A program made the translations under genes and the position numbers. Shown here piece after piece: positions 1 to 9,942 of a DNA stretch of 64,000 nucleotides. Source of the DNA: Patescibacteria group bacterium (lineage in GTDB: Bacteria; Patescibacteriota; Patescibacteriia; UBA9934); assembly GCA_038064675.1 (NCBI GenBank), contig JBBTSM010000002.1, forward strand, positions 6,507 through 70,506, given 5' to 3'. The notes under the pieces were generated by a model, which saw only the letters and a list, made by a program, of their open reading frames with translations, had not been told where the DNA came from and searched no databases. Position 1 is the stretch's first letter; every line of letters begins with the position of its first letter.

Positions 1-592
1 CGACGTGTTGTCTGGAATGAGCGTCTCCCATCGAATCGACGTCGGATTGCACTCCTCGATTTCGATTGCCGCGCGAGTCCATGCCAATGCATCGCTTTCA
101 ATTTTTGTTATCGGCGATGTCGCATCCGATTGTGTGATCGATCGTGCAATCTCAGTAATCGGCGATTCCGCGTCTATTGAGCTTTCATCGTCGATCCGCA
201 CAAAAGGAAATACGCGATGCGCTATTTCCGATGATGTCGATATTGCCGCGAATGATTCGCGATGCGTTATTGACAATCGAGTGGTGGCGCACGATGCATC
301 TCGCGCTGTTATCCGTGAGCGAGTCGTCGTTCACCAGTCGGTAAACAGTGGAAGTATTGCGACAACAATTCGAGGAATGCTCATCGGAGAATCAGCGAGC
401 ATTCGTGCGATTCCTGAACTTGATATTGCAACGAATATGGTAAGTGCCAAGCACGCGGTAAGCATCGCTCGACCAAGCGCGCTGGCATTGGCATACTGCG
501 CATCACGGGGAATTGATCGCGAGAATGCGATGACGATGATTGCGGACGGCCTCTTATGCCCAGCAGGGTCGATGACTGATACAAAACTATGA
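1..592 (+). CDS. SufB/SufD-family Fe-S cluster assembly protein (5' end probably outside the window)
   Basis: beta-helix-like sequence with C-terminal 'AIPELDIATNMVSAKHAVSI...YCASRGIDRENA', typical of SufBD; overlaps sufS. Confidence 0.75.
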   Translation, partial: DVLSGMSVSHRIDVGLHSSISIAARVHANASLSIFVIGDVASDCVIDRAISVIGDSASIELSSSIRTKGNTRCAISDDVDIAANDSRCVIDNRVVAHDASRAVIRERVVVHQSVNSGSIATTIRGMLIGESASIRAIPELDIATNMVSAKHAVSIARPSALALAYCASRGIDRENAMTMIADGLLCPAGSMTDTKL

Positions 593-1764
593 CGAACGAT
601 ATTGAAAACATCCGCGCTCAATTTCCAGGCCTTCGTCGAGACGTGGCGTATTTGGATAATGCGGCAACAACGCAAATGCATCAGTCCGCGATAAATGCGA
701 TGAATGCATATATTGTCGGAGGGCGATCGAATGTTGGTCGCGGACTGTACCCGATGGCGGAGGAAACGATGAGCCAGTACAACGCTGCGCGATTGGCGGT
801 TGCGAACTTCGTTGGAGCCGATGGTGGACGATGCGTTTTTACGAAAAGTGTCACCGAAGGACTGAATGTGATCGCGTTCGGATTGCGAGATCGATTACAG
901 CCGGGCGACGAGATTCTTGTTTCCGTCTTTGAACATCACGCGAATCTTTTACCGTGGCGATGTATTGCAAAGGAGCGCGGCGCGATTGTGAAAACGATGC
1001 CAATGCTCGCAGATTTTACGCTCGATCTTGAACGCGCAAAAGCGATGATGAATGATCGAACGAAGATTGTTGCGGTGACGATGATGTCGAATGTTCTTGG
1101 AGCAATGTTGCCGATCGCGGAACTCGCTCGTTGTGCACACGAGGTCGGCGCAATCATTGTCGTCGACGCTGCGCAGGCTGCTGCGCATCTTCCAATTGAT
1201 GTCGTTGATCTTGGCGTCGATGCTCTCGTCTTCGGATCACACAAATGTTACGGCCCAGCGGGAATCGCGGCGATGATTCTCTCGCTCGACCTCATCGATT
1301 CGATGGAACCGATGACTGTTGGCGGTGGAATGGTGGATCGTGTTACCGCCGATGGCGCAACGTGGCGACAAGGAATCGAAAAATTCGAAGGCGGCTCCCC
1401 AAACGTAGAAGGCGCGATCGGTTTTGCCGCGGCACTTGATTCGATTTCTTTCCCCGATGAGAAGCTTCGTTCTCGTCTTGTCGCCGATCTGAAATCGATC
1501 TCGGGTGTTACGGTTTTTGATCCTCCGGGTGCAGTCGGGATTGTCTCCTTCACTGTCAACGGCATGCATCCGCACGATGTTGCCGACATGCTCGGGCAAC
1601 GTGGCGTTTGTGTTCGTGCCGGGAATCATTGCGCCGCACCACTCGTGGAAAAGCTTTCTTCAACCGGAACGTTGCGTGCGAGTTTAGCGATGTATACCGA
1701 TGAACGAGATATCGAAGCACTCATCAGCAACCTCAAAGAGATTGTAAAGAAGGGGAAGGTGTAA
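589..1764 (+). CDS. sufS: SufS-type cysteine desulfurase
   Basis: YLDNAATT, EHHAN, DAAQ, SHKCYGP (PLP lysine), RAGNHCA (catalytic Cys). Confidence 0.93.
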   Translation: MTNDIENIRAQFPGLRRDVAYLDNAATTQMHQSAINAMNAYIVGGRSNVGRGLYPMAEETMSQYNAARLAVANFVGADGGRCVFTKSVTEGLNVIAFGLRDRLQPGDEILVSVFEHHANLLPWRCIAKERGAIVKTMPMLADFTLDLERAKAMMNDRTKIVAVTMMSNVLGAMLPIAELARCAHEVGAIIVVDAAQAAAHLPIDVVDLGVDALVFGSHKCYGPAGIAAMILSLDLIDSMEPMTVGGGMVDRVTADGATWRQGIEKFEGGSPNVEGAIGFAAALDSISFPDEKLRSRLVADLKSISGVTVFDPPGAVGIVSFTVNGMHPHDVADMLGQRGVCVRAGNHCAAPLVEKLSSTGTLRASLAMYTDERDIEALISNLKEIVKKGKV

Positions 1765-1766
1765 CT

Positions 1767-2126
1767 ATGCTGCTTGAATACGAAAATCTTCTCGCACTTG
1801 CGAACCGTCAGAGCCGTCGAGGATTGATGGCTGATTTTTCTACATCGGCGACTGCGGTGAACGCGTCGTGCGGTGACGAATGTACCGTGTGGCTGAAGAT
1901 TGCGGACGACGAGATCGTCGATGTGTCGTTTGAAACAAAGGGTTGTGTGATTAGCCGAGCATCGGCTGCGGCGATTTCCGATGCAGTTATCGGTCCTATT
2001 GGTCAAATAGGACTTATGAATGGGAACAGCATCCGGTCGCTCCTTGGCGTTGCCGTGAGCCCGCTTCGTGAACGCTGTTTGACGACACCGTTGAAGGCAC
2101 TGCAAGATGCCATTTCTAAACTATGA
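1767..2126 (+). CDS. sufU: SufU/IscU-like scaffold or sulfur-transfer protein
   Basis: NASCGD, GCVISRASA and RERC conserved Cys pattern; directly after sufS. Confidence 0.85.
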   Translation: MLLEYENLLALANRQSRRGLMADFSTSATAVNASCGDECTVWLKIADDEIVDVSFETKGCVISRASAAAISDAVIGPIGQIGLMNGNSIRSLLGVAVSPLRERCLTTPLKALQDAISKL

Positions 2127-2770
2127 GTCTTGTTGTTGAGCATCTTTCAATTTCACGAAACGGGAAAGAAATTCTTTCCGATATTTCTTTTGCTTGCGCT
2201 CCTGGCGAACTTGTCGTGATTCGTGGAAAGAACGGAGCGGGGAAGAGTTCACTCTTCGTGGCATTGATGGCGTTGCCTGGTGTTGAAATCACTTCGGGGG
2301 ACTTTACGATCGGAGATAGGTCCTATTTGTCCAATAAGACCTATGAAATTGCGCGGGCGGGACTTTTTCTCGCGCACCAAGAGCCGCCAGCGATCGATGG
2401 TGTCTCTCTCGGCGTTGTTGCTCGTGCTGCGCTCGAAACCATGTGCGGCATTACCGAAGTTCCGGAAGCGCAACAGCGTATCCGTGAAATACTCGCCGAA
2501 CTTGGCTTGCCTGAAGACTTCGCGCATAAAACATTGCACTCTTCGATGTCTGGCGGCGAAAAGAAACGCGCTGAACTTTTTCAGCTTGTTCTCTTGAAGC
2601 CTAAATTCGCTTTGCTCGACGAAATCGACTCCGGTCTCGACTCTGCATCGTGCTCGATCGCGGCAACGGCGATCGCGAAGCTCCGATCAGAAGGTACAGG
2701 CTTCATCATTGTCACGCACTCGGATAGTTTCGCCGAGATTTTGAATCCAACGCGAGTCGTCGAGTTATAA
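2123..2770 (+). CDS. sufC: Fe-S cluster assembly ABC ATPase SufC
   Basis: Walker A GKNGAGKSS, 'ARAGLFLAHQEP', MSGGEKKRAE, LLDEIDSGLD. Confidence 0.9.
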   Translation: MSLVVEHLSISRNGKEILSDISFACAPGELVVIRGKNGAGKSSLFVALMALPGVEITSGDFTIGDRSYLSNKTYEIARAGLFLAHQEPPAIDGVSLGVVARAALETMCGITEVPEAQQRIREILAELGLPEDFAHKTLHSSMSGGEKKRAELFQLVLLKPKFALLDEIDSGLDSASCSIAATAIAKLRSEGTGFIIVTHSDSFAEILNPTRVVEL

Positions 2771-2839
2771 AAACGAAAACCCGTCACGCCGACGACTTCC
2801 ATCGCCAGCGGCGGATGGGTTTCGTGAATGACGGGGGCG

Positions 2840-3435
2840 TTACGTGCTCCGAGTTCGTTCTTCCAGGGCCGCGAGCATCTCGAGGAGCCCAGGGTGCGTG
2901 ATGTTCGATCGTGTGAAAGCATTGAATTCTTCCGGGCGCGATGTGTGTCCCTGTTCTGCGTAGCAGACACCCTGCATGGCGCACTCGAGCTTATCGAGAT
3001 CAGCGAGAACTCGTGCTCCCTCCGATGTTCCGTCTTCGTACTCGAGCCAGAGCGCGTAGCACTCCGCGCCGAATTCGCCATGTGGCAAGAAGATATCGCG
3101 CATCACCGCGTCTTCGAGTACACGTTTTCCGCCTTGGCCTGCTTTCGCACTTCGGGTGGAAATGTGGCAGTTACGGCGTCCCCAGTGATGCATTCCGCGA
3201 CGTCGTGTACGAGTGCCATCGTTACCATTTTTTTGACGTCGAGCCTCAGCTTCGAAGCGATGACGAAGGCGAACATCGCGAGGGACCAGCTGTGGTCTGC
3301 GACGCTCTCCGCTTCCGGGACCGTGCGTGCCTGGAACGTGTCGCCCGGTCCGGGTTTTTTGTTCCAGCCAGTTCGTGCGGTTCGCTTGAGCCCCTCGAGG
3401 CGCATCATGAGTGCGAGAATTTCGACCATAGGCAC
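2840..3435 (-). pseudogene. HD-domain hydrolase (YfbR/HDDC2-like), split by one frameshift near 3125-3130
   Basis: N-half 'LKRTARTGW...ESVADHSW...[12 protein letters not shown]' (3103-3435) continues in another frame as '[23 protein letters not shown]' (2840-3193). Confidence 0.75.
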
Positions 3436-3510
3436 AGCCCTCTACCCCGAAATCTACCAGCTCTTAGCACTCTTCACAAGAGACTGCTAAGTTGGTACTA
3501 TTGTTTTACT

Positions 3511-4104
3511 ATGTCTGACATCCAATCCAACTACCTCATCCCATCGGTGATCGAGAAAACGAGTTATGGCGAGCGGTCGTACGATATTTATTCGCGATTG
3601 CTGAAAGATCGGATTGTGTTCCTTGGAACCGAGATTGACGACGGCGTGGCAAACGCGGTGATCGCCCAACTTTTGTTCTTGGAAAGCCAGGATAAAGAGA
3701 AGGAGATTACGCTCTACATCAATTCTCCAGGAGGATCGGTAACAGCCGGATTGGCGATTTACGACACCATGCAATATATCCAGCCAAAGGTGTCCACGAT
3801 TTGTATTGGGATGGCGGCGAGCATGGGCGCCGTGCTATTGGCCGCTGGAGCCCCTGGGAAGCGTTTTGCGCTCCCAAATGCTGAAGTGATGATTCATCAG
3901 GTGCTTGGTGGCGTGAAGGGCCAGGCAACGGATATTAAGATCCATGCCGACCGTATTTTGGCTGTTCGAGACAGTTTGAACGAAATCCTGTCAAAACACA
4001 CCGGAAAACCAATGAAAATTGTGGCGAATGACACCGAGCGCGACAACTTCATGACCGCGAAAGAGGCCCAGAAATATGGGCTTATTGACAAAGTGATCGC
4101 GTAA
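3511..4104 (+). CDS. clpP: ATP-dependent Clp protease proteolytic subunit
   Basis: [38 protein letters not shown]; true start is the ATG at 3511. Confidence 0.97.
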   Translation: MSDIQSNYLIPSVIEKTSYGERSYDIYSRLLKDRIVFLGTEIDDGVANAVIAQLLFLESQDKEKEITLYINSPGGSVTAGLAIYDTMQYIQPKVSTICIGMAASMGAVLLAAGAPGKRFALPNAEVMIHQVLGGVKGQATDIKIHADRILAVRDSLNEILSKHTGKPMKIVANDTERDNFMTAKEAQKYGLIDKVIA

Positions 4105-4137
4105 AAGGTACAACGTGACTTCCTCCTACACTTTCTC

Positions 4138-4227
4138 CTGCGGTCACGACAAGCATGGGGATACAAGATTTTTGAGCACTTTGGCTTCGGCTGAACTGTT
4201 TCAATACTTTTATCTTCTTGACCGCAG
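4138..4227. repeat. ~90-bp imperfect inverted repeat with a C(TTCG)G apical loop
   Basis: CTGCGGTCA (4138-46) pairs with TGACCGCAG (4219-27), with further internal stems. Confidence 0.6.
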
Positions 4228-4235
4228 AATAAAGG

Positions 4236-4361
4236 GTGGGAGGTTTTTATTTGGGCAATTTTGGGCTTGCAGTATCGAAAATTTTTTCAACGTACGATGA
4301 GTACGTCTCAAAAGTTTTTCTCACTGCGCACCCAAACTTGCCGCAAATAAAAACCTCCCAC
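4236..4361. repeat. 126-bp imperfect palindrome (ERIC/REP-like dispersed family, related to 30536-30659)
   Basis: 18-bp perfect outer arms GTGGGAGGTTTTTATTTG/CAAATAAAAACCTCCCAC; core ACGTAC-GATGA-GTACGT. Confidence 0.8.
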
Positions 4362-4395
4362 AATCGTAGTTAGGGCGTTCGATTTCGGTTCAAAT

Positions 4396-4437
4396 CAAAA
4401 ACCCTCCGATTCCCTAGTAGTTTCGGAAGGTTTTTTG
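4396..4437. terminator. probable bidirectional intrinsic terminator
   Basis: A-tract, stem, T-tract between the convergent genes clpP and 4451-6007. Confidence 0.55.
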
Positions 4438-4450
4438 TTTGCTGTGTGGC

Positions 4451-6007
4451 TTAGCGGAGGTCGATGAGGTGTATCTCGGTTGGGCTGAAGGAACCATGGA
4501 TCTCACTGTCTACGCCGTGGGCGAAGAGCAGCCATTTGCCGTCGGTGCTGACCGTGATCGAAGCATCGCGACCGATATCGATTCCTTGTGGAGCATCGAA
4601 GATTTTCTTCTCGCCAACATATAGATCTGAGCAGAACATCGGCGCGCCGTTCCAAAGATCAACTCTCTGATCGGGGGTCATTGGCGGATCGGTCTGTAAT
4701 GCGTCTGTTGGGAAGTAGTGGCACCAGATGTTCACAATACTCGTCGACGAAGAGAAGCTCACGGTGTCTTCGATCCTTGATGTTATGTTGTACGAATCGA
4801 CGGATGCAATATTCGATATCGTAAAGACATGGTTGGGATACTGTTGGATTTCGAATGTACCACCAAGATCGGGATTGGAGAGGTGGTAGCTGAAGACGTT
4901 TTGAGATATGCGATTGAGGTATTTTGCCATTCCGTATAGCGGTCCAAGTTCCTGACGCTCGACCCGTTCGGAAATTGAAATATTCGGGAGATCAGACCAT
5001 GAGACGGAGAGTGTGCTTACCGTTGGCGGGAATGCAATGAGCGTGATGGTGTATACCGTTACTGCAAGCCAAGCCCATGGGAATGGTGTTGCGATCTTTT
5101 TCGCGCGGTCTCGGATCGCGAGTCCGACGAAGTACGCGCCAATCATTGCCACACCGCAGAAAATAATGCCCGTAATCCAGACAGTTGTCACTGGAGGGAT
5201 GATGTCTGAAAGGGTATTTGAGACGGTGAAGAGCCGATCAATGATCCATCGGAGCTCCGGAAGCCATCGAAGCTGTTGAATGGTTGGGTTATGTTGTGCG
5301 ATCGTTGAAAGGATGACGAAGACGGTGAAGATAATGGCGCTAACATTGAGCGGCGTGGATGATACCTTTCGTTCCGGATGTTTTTTCATGCTTTTTTCGA
5401 TCGCGGCTTTTTTGAGGAGATATCGTGTAGCGATGATCCCTGCGGTGATATTGATCAAACCAGCAAGGATGCTCGTGATGAGAAGATATGGTTTGTCGCT
5501 TGCACCGACGGTTGCATCGAACGCGGTAACGACTGAATAGACGAACGGAATGGTGATGATGAGGAAGGGGACTCCCGTCGCAATCGCGGTGATGGTTCGT
5601 GCCATTCGTCCACTTTCGATATGTCGGAAGATTGGTGCTAATGCATGAATGTACAGCGCGAGAAGAATCGCATACACCGGAACCGATACAGGTGTTGCGA
5701 TGATAAAAAATATCGTTGCAACAAACACAATCGGAGACGCGAGGAGTCCGACGCCGATAGCGTGGAGAACGAACGCTTGTGGCGATGTATATGTCATAGC
5801 GTGGCGGAATTCTTGGAGAATAAGTTTTGGTGAACCCAGATCGGCAAGCGCCTGTTCTTCTGCGATGGTTTCGGATTTCCCTTCGAGCGCACCAAAGTAC
5901 ACGGCATCTTCAAGGTGCGCGGAAAGTTCTTCTTGGAGGCGGAGCCCCCACACGTCGGCCGGAAGCTCTTCGGTTAAGACGTCGAAGAACGCGGTACGTT
6001 GGTTCAT
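4451..6007 (-). CDS. multi-pass membrane protein with N-terminal HAAS/permease-prefix-like domain (PadR partner)
   Basis: 'LQEELSAHLEDAV...AEEQALADLGSPK' motif, several TM segments, overlaps padR. Confidence 0.75.
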   Translation of the reverse strand: MNQRTAFFDVLTEELPADVWGLRLQEELSAHLEDAVYFGALEGKSETIAEEQALADLGSPKLILQEFRHAMTYTSPQAFVLHAIGVGLLASPIVFVATIFFIIATPVSVPVYAILLALYIHALAPIFRHIESGRMARTITAIATGVPFLIITIPFVYSVVTAFDATVGASDKPYLLITSILAGLINITAGIIATRYLLKKAAIEKSMKKHPERKVSSTPLNVSAIIFTVFVILSTIAQHNPTIQQLRWLPELRWIIDRLFTVSNTLSDIIPPVTTVWITGIIFCGVAMIGAYFVGLAIRDRAKKIATPFPWAWLAVTVYTITLIAFPPTVSTLSVSWSDLPNISISERVERQELGPLYGMAKYLNRISQNVFSYHLSNPDLGGTFEIQQYPNHVFTISNIASVDSYNITSRIEDTVSFSSSTSIVNIWCHYFPTDALQTDPPMTPDQRVDLWNGAPMFCSDLYVGEKKIFDAPQGIDIGRDASITVSTDGKWLLFAHGVDSEIHGSFSPTEIHLIDLR

Positions 6008-6339
6008 ACGGCAAGATCGAGTGCGGTTGAGAGGCCTTGAACAAAGGCTCCAAGCTCGGCACGTCGATCCTTCAGTGCAGCTGCCCCAGGCTTTGTGATG
6101 CTGTAGTAGCGACGCTTTTTTCCGGTTGGCGACGACTTTTCCGTGCTTTCAACGAATCCGCGCGCCTCAAGACGATAGAGTAGGGGATACAGCGTACCCT
6201 CTTGGAATTCGAAGACGTTGTTGCTGCTTTCTGCAATCGATCGGACGAGCTCGTATCCATACGATTCCCCGTTCTTGGCGAGAATCTGAAGCACGAGCAG
6301 CTCTGCGGTCCCTTTAAGGAGTTCTGATGAGAATTTCAT
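6004..6339 (-). CDS. PadR-family transcriptional regulator
   Basis: SYGYELV, EGTLYPLLYRLE, RRYYSIT. Confidence 0.93.
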   Translation of the reverse strand: MKFSSELLKGTAELLVLQILAKNGESYGYELVRSIAESSNNVFEFQEGTLYPLLYRLEARGFVESTEKSSPTGKKRRYYSITKPGAAALKDRRAELGAFVQGLSTALDLAV

Positions 6340-6449
6340 AATGAGACGTTATGCATGACGTTACATACTTTGTATCACATAGTATTGAAGAGGTCAAATC
6401 CGGACCGGCAGAATCGTGGATTTACGCGATTAGGGTAGAATGTTGGTAT

Positions 6450-7103
6450 ATGACCGACGAGGATCGAATAGCACGGCAGGAGAGTGTCGAGGGGAACGAC
6501 CTTCCGGATGCTGCAATTGCTGAAGTTTTTGATGCGTACGAACGAGTGATTCCTTTGCCGAAAGCTCCTGGGGTAAAGCCCTGGATATTGTGTGTTGTGG
6601 GACTCGTGGGCGCCGGAAAGACTACAGTGGTGAAGCCGGTGAGCGAGCGTCTTGGCCTGGCGCGAGTTTCAAGTGATGAGTTGCGTGTTCTTCTTCGTGA
6701 TCGCGGCTACAATTTTTTGAGAACGCGCGAATTGGCAAAGATGCTCATCGAGAAATATCTCCGGCAAGGATTCGGTGTTTCTATCGACGCAGACAATGTC
6801 GATCCAGAACATCAGGCGATTTTGCAGAAGGCTGCCGACGCTGCTCAGATTCCCATTATTCGCATCCATATCAATCCGCCCGAGGCATTCATTCTTGATA
6901 AGCTACAAAATCGCATTCAATACGTGCCATCGGGAATTTTGGAGAACGCCGACGCTGCCATCGCGAACTATTTCCGTCGAAAACCTTTGCATGAGAAATA
7001 TCTTTCGCTCATCACATTCGATTGGGTTTTTGATACCTCAAAAGATAATCTTGCTCGGCAGATCGACGATTTCGTGACCGCGATGCACGGTCGGGGATTC
7101 TAA
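6450..7103 (+). CDS. AAA_33/P-loop kinase-like ATPase
   Basis: Walker A GLVGAGKTT, RVSSDELR, VSIDA; start inferred at 6450 after TAGAAT. Confidence 0.7.
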   Translation: MTDEDRIARQESVEGNDLPDAAIAEVFDAYERVIPLPKAPGVKPWILCVVGLVGAGKTTVVKPVSERLGLARVSSDELRVLLRDRGYNFLRTRELAKMLIEKYLRQGFGVSIDADNVDPEHQAILQKAADAAQIPIIRIHINPPEAFILDKLQNRIQYVPSGILENADAAIANYFRRKPLHEKYLSLITFDWVFDTSKDNLARQIDDFVTAMHGRGF

Positions 7104-7133
7104 AACCTAAGATTCAAGACCTGATCCCTTCTG

Positions 7134-8993
7134 TTACTGCGAAATGACTTCGTCTGTTGGTGCGGTCGTGCTCGTGGCCTTGCCAACAAGGCAGGTTTCC
7201 GGAAGTGCGCGGTAGGTTGAGAGGTATGGGGTAACTTTGGTGGTGCCGTCGGCGTAGAGGACGGTGTAATCAAACGTGGCAACGGCTCCGGGGAAACCGT
7301 TTTGGCATTGTTCAACGCCTGGCGCAAGCGTGTCGGTTTCTTTGACCACTTTGGCTCCCATTGAGGTCCGCGAAAGAACGGTTGGCGGGTTGTAGCTTCC
7401 GGACCGGCCGTCTTTTGTGCCCCAGAACGTAAAGGTTACTGCGTTCAGTTCATCGTCGAATGATGTCACGAGGAGTGTGTACGTTGGCATGTCATTTTTG
7501 AACTTAAAGTCTGGTGCAGGGTCGTACAGCGTTGCGTCGGTTCCTGGATTGTCGTTGGTTACATCGTTGTAATAAGAAATAGCGAGGGAGTGGTTTCGTC
7601 GCTCCACCACCTCGAGCCCTGCATGCATCACGGCACGGAATGCCGTGGTGCCAAGCTGACAGAGCCCGCCGCCGACCTCCGGTTTAATCTCGTCGCCTTT
7701 AATAACGAGTTCGGAGAAATAGCCATCGTCAAGCGTAAAAGGACGAAGGTGCTCAAGCAGGGAGACGGTTTCGCCTGGGGCGATAAGAATGCCGTTGAGC
7801 TTTTCTGCTCCGTGCTTAATGTTTGCCTTTCGATTGGCGGTTGGGTGGGAGAATGTTGTGGTGGCCTCTCCAACAATCTCGCTAATACCAAGTCCGTTCG
7901 CGTCTTCCGTGCTGATACTTGGCATTTCTGTTCGTGTCGCGATGACGATCGGCGCATCGTCGGATGTCGCGGTTCCAAGTGCGGCTTCGAATGCCGCAAA
8001 AAATGCGTCGTCGTCCACAACGGTTCCATTTTTGCTTCCTTGGAATTCGTTTACCTTTCCGCCATCCAGGGTGAATCGAGCATTCTGCGCGCTGATGTCG
8101 ATGGTTTCGTGAAGTTCAGTGAGGAAATCCACCATTTTTTCCGGCTCAAGGCCAATCACCAGTCCTTGGTCCATGTCTTCGGTTGGGAAAATCCAGTCGG
8201 CGATAGTGCGCGTACTGACAGTCCACGTTTGTGGTTCGCCGCTCGCGTCGGTTCCGGCGATGGTGTATGGCGCCGCGGTGATTGCTGCAGAGGCAAGAGG
8301 GATGAGCGACGTTGCGTCCGATGCGGTCATGTATGGCGTGACCGGCATGGTGGCGACTGAGACAGGTTTGAGCGCAAGATCTTTTGCATCGGCAGCGATG
8401 CTCGTCATTGTGGATCCAAAGTTGAGCGTTTGGCCATTGGTTCCTTCGGTGACGGTGATGACAGGATCCTTGCCACGGGGGAGTGATACGTCAAAATCGG
8501 TGGCCGTGGCCTGGGTTTGCGCATCTGGGAATGCGGCGGCGATTGCTTCTTTCAGCCGATCTTCATTAACGATGACCGTTGCTGCAAACGACTTCTGACC
8601 GAAGAGTTGGAAGTACAGCGTCAGGATGCTGTCGATGGCCGGGTTACTGTTGTGGCCAACGGTAAGCGCCTCTTGTGCGGCAGCGCTCGGATCCCAATCT
8701 ACGAGATTGTACGCGACGTCGCTACCGTTTGAGCTAAAGAGATCGATGGTTTTTGTATCGTCACCAACCACGACGGGAAGGCCGGAGCTAATCATGGCAT
8801 CGTATGCTTTCTGGAGCGTTGATGTTGCGGCCAGTGCGTCCATGCCGGAAAGATTGATACCGGCTACAAAAATATTTTGTGCCACGCGACCTTTGTATGC
8901 GGCATGGGCATTCATGGCGAACATCGTCGTGGTAAAAAGCCCCGCAAGGAGGATGGTCAGGGCGATCAGGAGGGCTGCATGGACCTTTTTCAT
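7134..8993 (-). CDS. VanW-family protein with peptidoglycan-binding region and G5-like C-terminus
   Basis: N-terminal TM; GGGLCQLGTTAFRA, ERRNHS, GTDATLY, DFKFKND. Confidence 0.88.
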   Translation of the reverse strand: MKKVHAALLIALTILLAGLFTTTMFAMNAHAAYKGRVAQNIFVAGINLSGMDALAATSTLQKAYDAMISSGLPVVVGDDTKTIDLFSSNGSDVAYNLVDWDPSAAAQEALTVGHNSNPAIDSILTLYFQLFGQKSFAATVIVNEDRLKEAIAAAFPDAQTQATATDFDVSLPRGKDPVITVTEGTNGQTLNFGSTMTSIAADAKDLALKPVSVATMPVTPYMTASDATSLIPLASAAITAAPYTIAGTDASGEPQTWTVSTRTIADWIFPTEDMDQGLVIGLEPEKMVDFLTELHETIDISAQNARFTLDGGKVNEFQGSKNGTVVDDDAFFAAFEAALGTATSDDAPIVIATRTEMPSISTEDANGLGISEIVGEATTTFSHPTANRKANIKHGAEKLNGILIAPGETVSLLEHLRPFTLDDGYFSELVIKGDEIKPEVGGGLCQLGTTAFRAVMHAGLEVVERRNHSLAISYYNDVTNDNPGTDATLYDPAPDFKFKNDMPTYTLLVTSFDDELNAVTFTFWGTKDGRSGSYNPPTVLSRTSMGAKVVKETDTLAPGVEQCQNGFPGAVATFDYTVLYADGTTKVTPYLSTYRALPETCLVGKATSTTAPTDEVISQ

Positions 8994-9415
8994 ACGGACA
9001 GTTCGTTGCGGACTGGGAGATGAACGTCTCCGCGAGCTTTATTGAGGGTAATGGTGAGAATGCCGTTCTTGAGGCTTGCATCGGCGTCGTCTGGTGTAAT
9101 ACGGCAGGGAAGGATGATGGATCGTGAGAATGCGCCCCAGAAACATTCTTCGTAATGTACCGTGGCATTCAGGGGGAGTTTCGCGATGGACCGTTCGCCA
9201 CGTATCGTGACCATGTCTTCGTTGATGGTGATATGCAGGTCGTCCTCTGACACTCCAGCGATCGCGGATCGGATGATGACACGATCTGGTGTTTCGATGA
9301 CATCTACCGCCAATTGACCCTCAGTTCGTGCGAAATCAAATTCATCACCGACGCTTGTCGTATCGCGCTTCTTCGAAAACATATTGCTTGTATTGTACGG
9401 TATTTTTTTCTTCAC
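8990..9415 (-). CDS. Hsp20/alpha-crystallin small heat-shock protein
   Basis: GQLAVDVIET, ECFWGAFSRSIILP, ASLKNGILTITL. Confidence 0.92.
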   Translation of the reverse strand: MKKKIPYNTSNMFSKKRDTTSVGDEFDFARTEGQLAVDVIETPDRVIIRSAIAGVSEDDLHITINEDMVTIRGERSIAKLPLNATVHYEECFWGAFSRSIILPCRITPDDADASLKNGILTITLNKARGDVHLPVRNELSV

Positions 9416-9471
9416 GTCTCTTCATTGTTATGTGGATTGTTTGAAAGGTGATTTTGTGGTGAAATAGGCCT

Positions 9472-9831
9472 ATGAAATTTCTTCCCCGATGGATTGCGTC
9501 GGTGCTGACAATAGGCGTCGTTCTCACGCTTTCGTTTTGCGGCGCGATGGCGGCGACTGCAGCATCCTCCATGGCGACGCATGACGTGACGATAACTGAC
9601 GCGATGCATTGTTCTACCGATTCATGTCCGACATCTCCGGTGCCTTGTGTTACACAGTGTCTCCAAAAGCTTGATAGCGCACAGCAGCGAGCGCTTGTTG
9701 AGATCGTTGTCATTTTTAGCTTTCCAATTATTGCTTTGGTATTTTTTCGTCAATCTCGATCTCCTGAGTGGGTACAGACATTTTCGGCACCACCATGGCG
9801 GAGTCATCGGCTTTTTTCATTTCGAGAGTAA
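9472..9831 (+). CDS. small secreted or membrane Cys/His/Met-rich protein, possible copper-sensing leader ORF
   Basis: signal/TM segment, 'MHCSTDSC..PCVTQC', second hydrophobic stretch, C-terminal SAPP; first gene before the copper operon. Confidence 0.55.
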   Translation: MKFLPRWIASVLTIGVVLTLSFCGAMAATAASSMATHDVTITDAMHCSTDSCPTSPVPCVTQCLQKLDSAQQRALVEIVVIFSFPIIALVFFRQSRSPEWVQTFSAPPWRSHRLFSFRE

Positions 9832-9834
9832 GAC

Positions 9835-9935
9835 GGTTAATCGACCTCGCCAGGCTCGGTCTTGGTGAAGACAGTTATCCAGTGTTTTTGATGAACGTTT
9901 AACCGCTTTAACCGAGGGGTGATCCCCGATTAACC
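9835..9935 (+). promoter_or_regulatory. 100-nt imperfect hairpin in the leader of the copper operon
   Basis: GGTTAATCG/CGATTAACC outer stem and CTCGGT/ACCGAG inner stem; ends 7 nt before ATG 9943. Confidence 0.6.
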
Positions 9936-9942
9936 TTTTAGT

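Noticed and set aside
2941-3510. N-terminal extension of ClpP in the 387-aa ORF call
   Set aside because: It overlaps the HD gene on the other strand; ClpP homology starts at ATG 3511 just after a -10 box.
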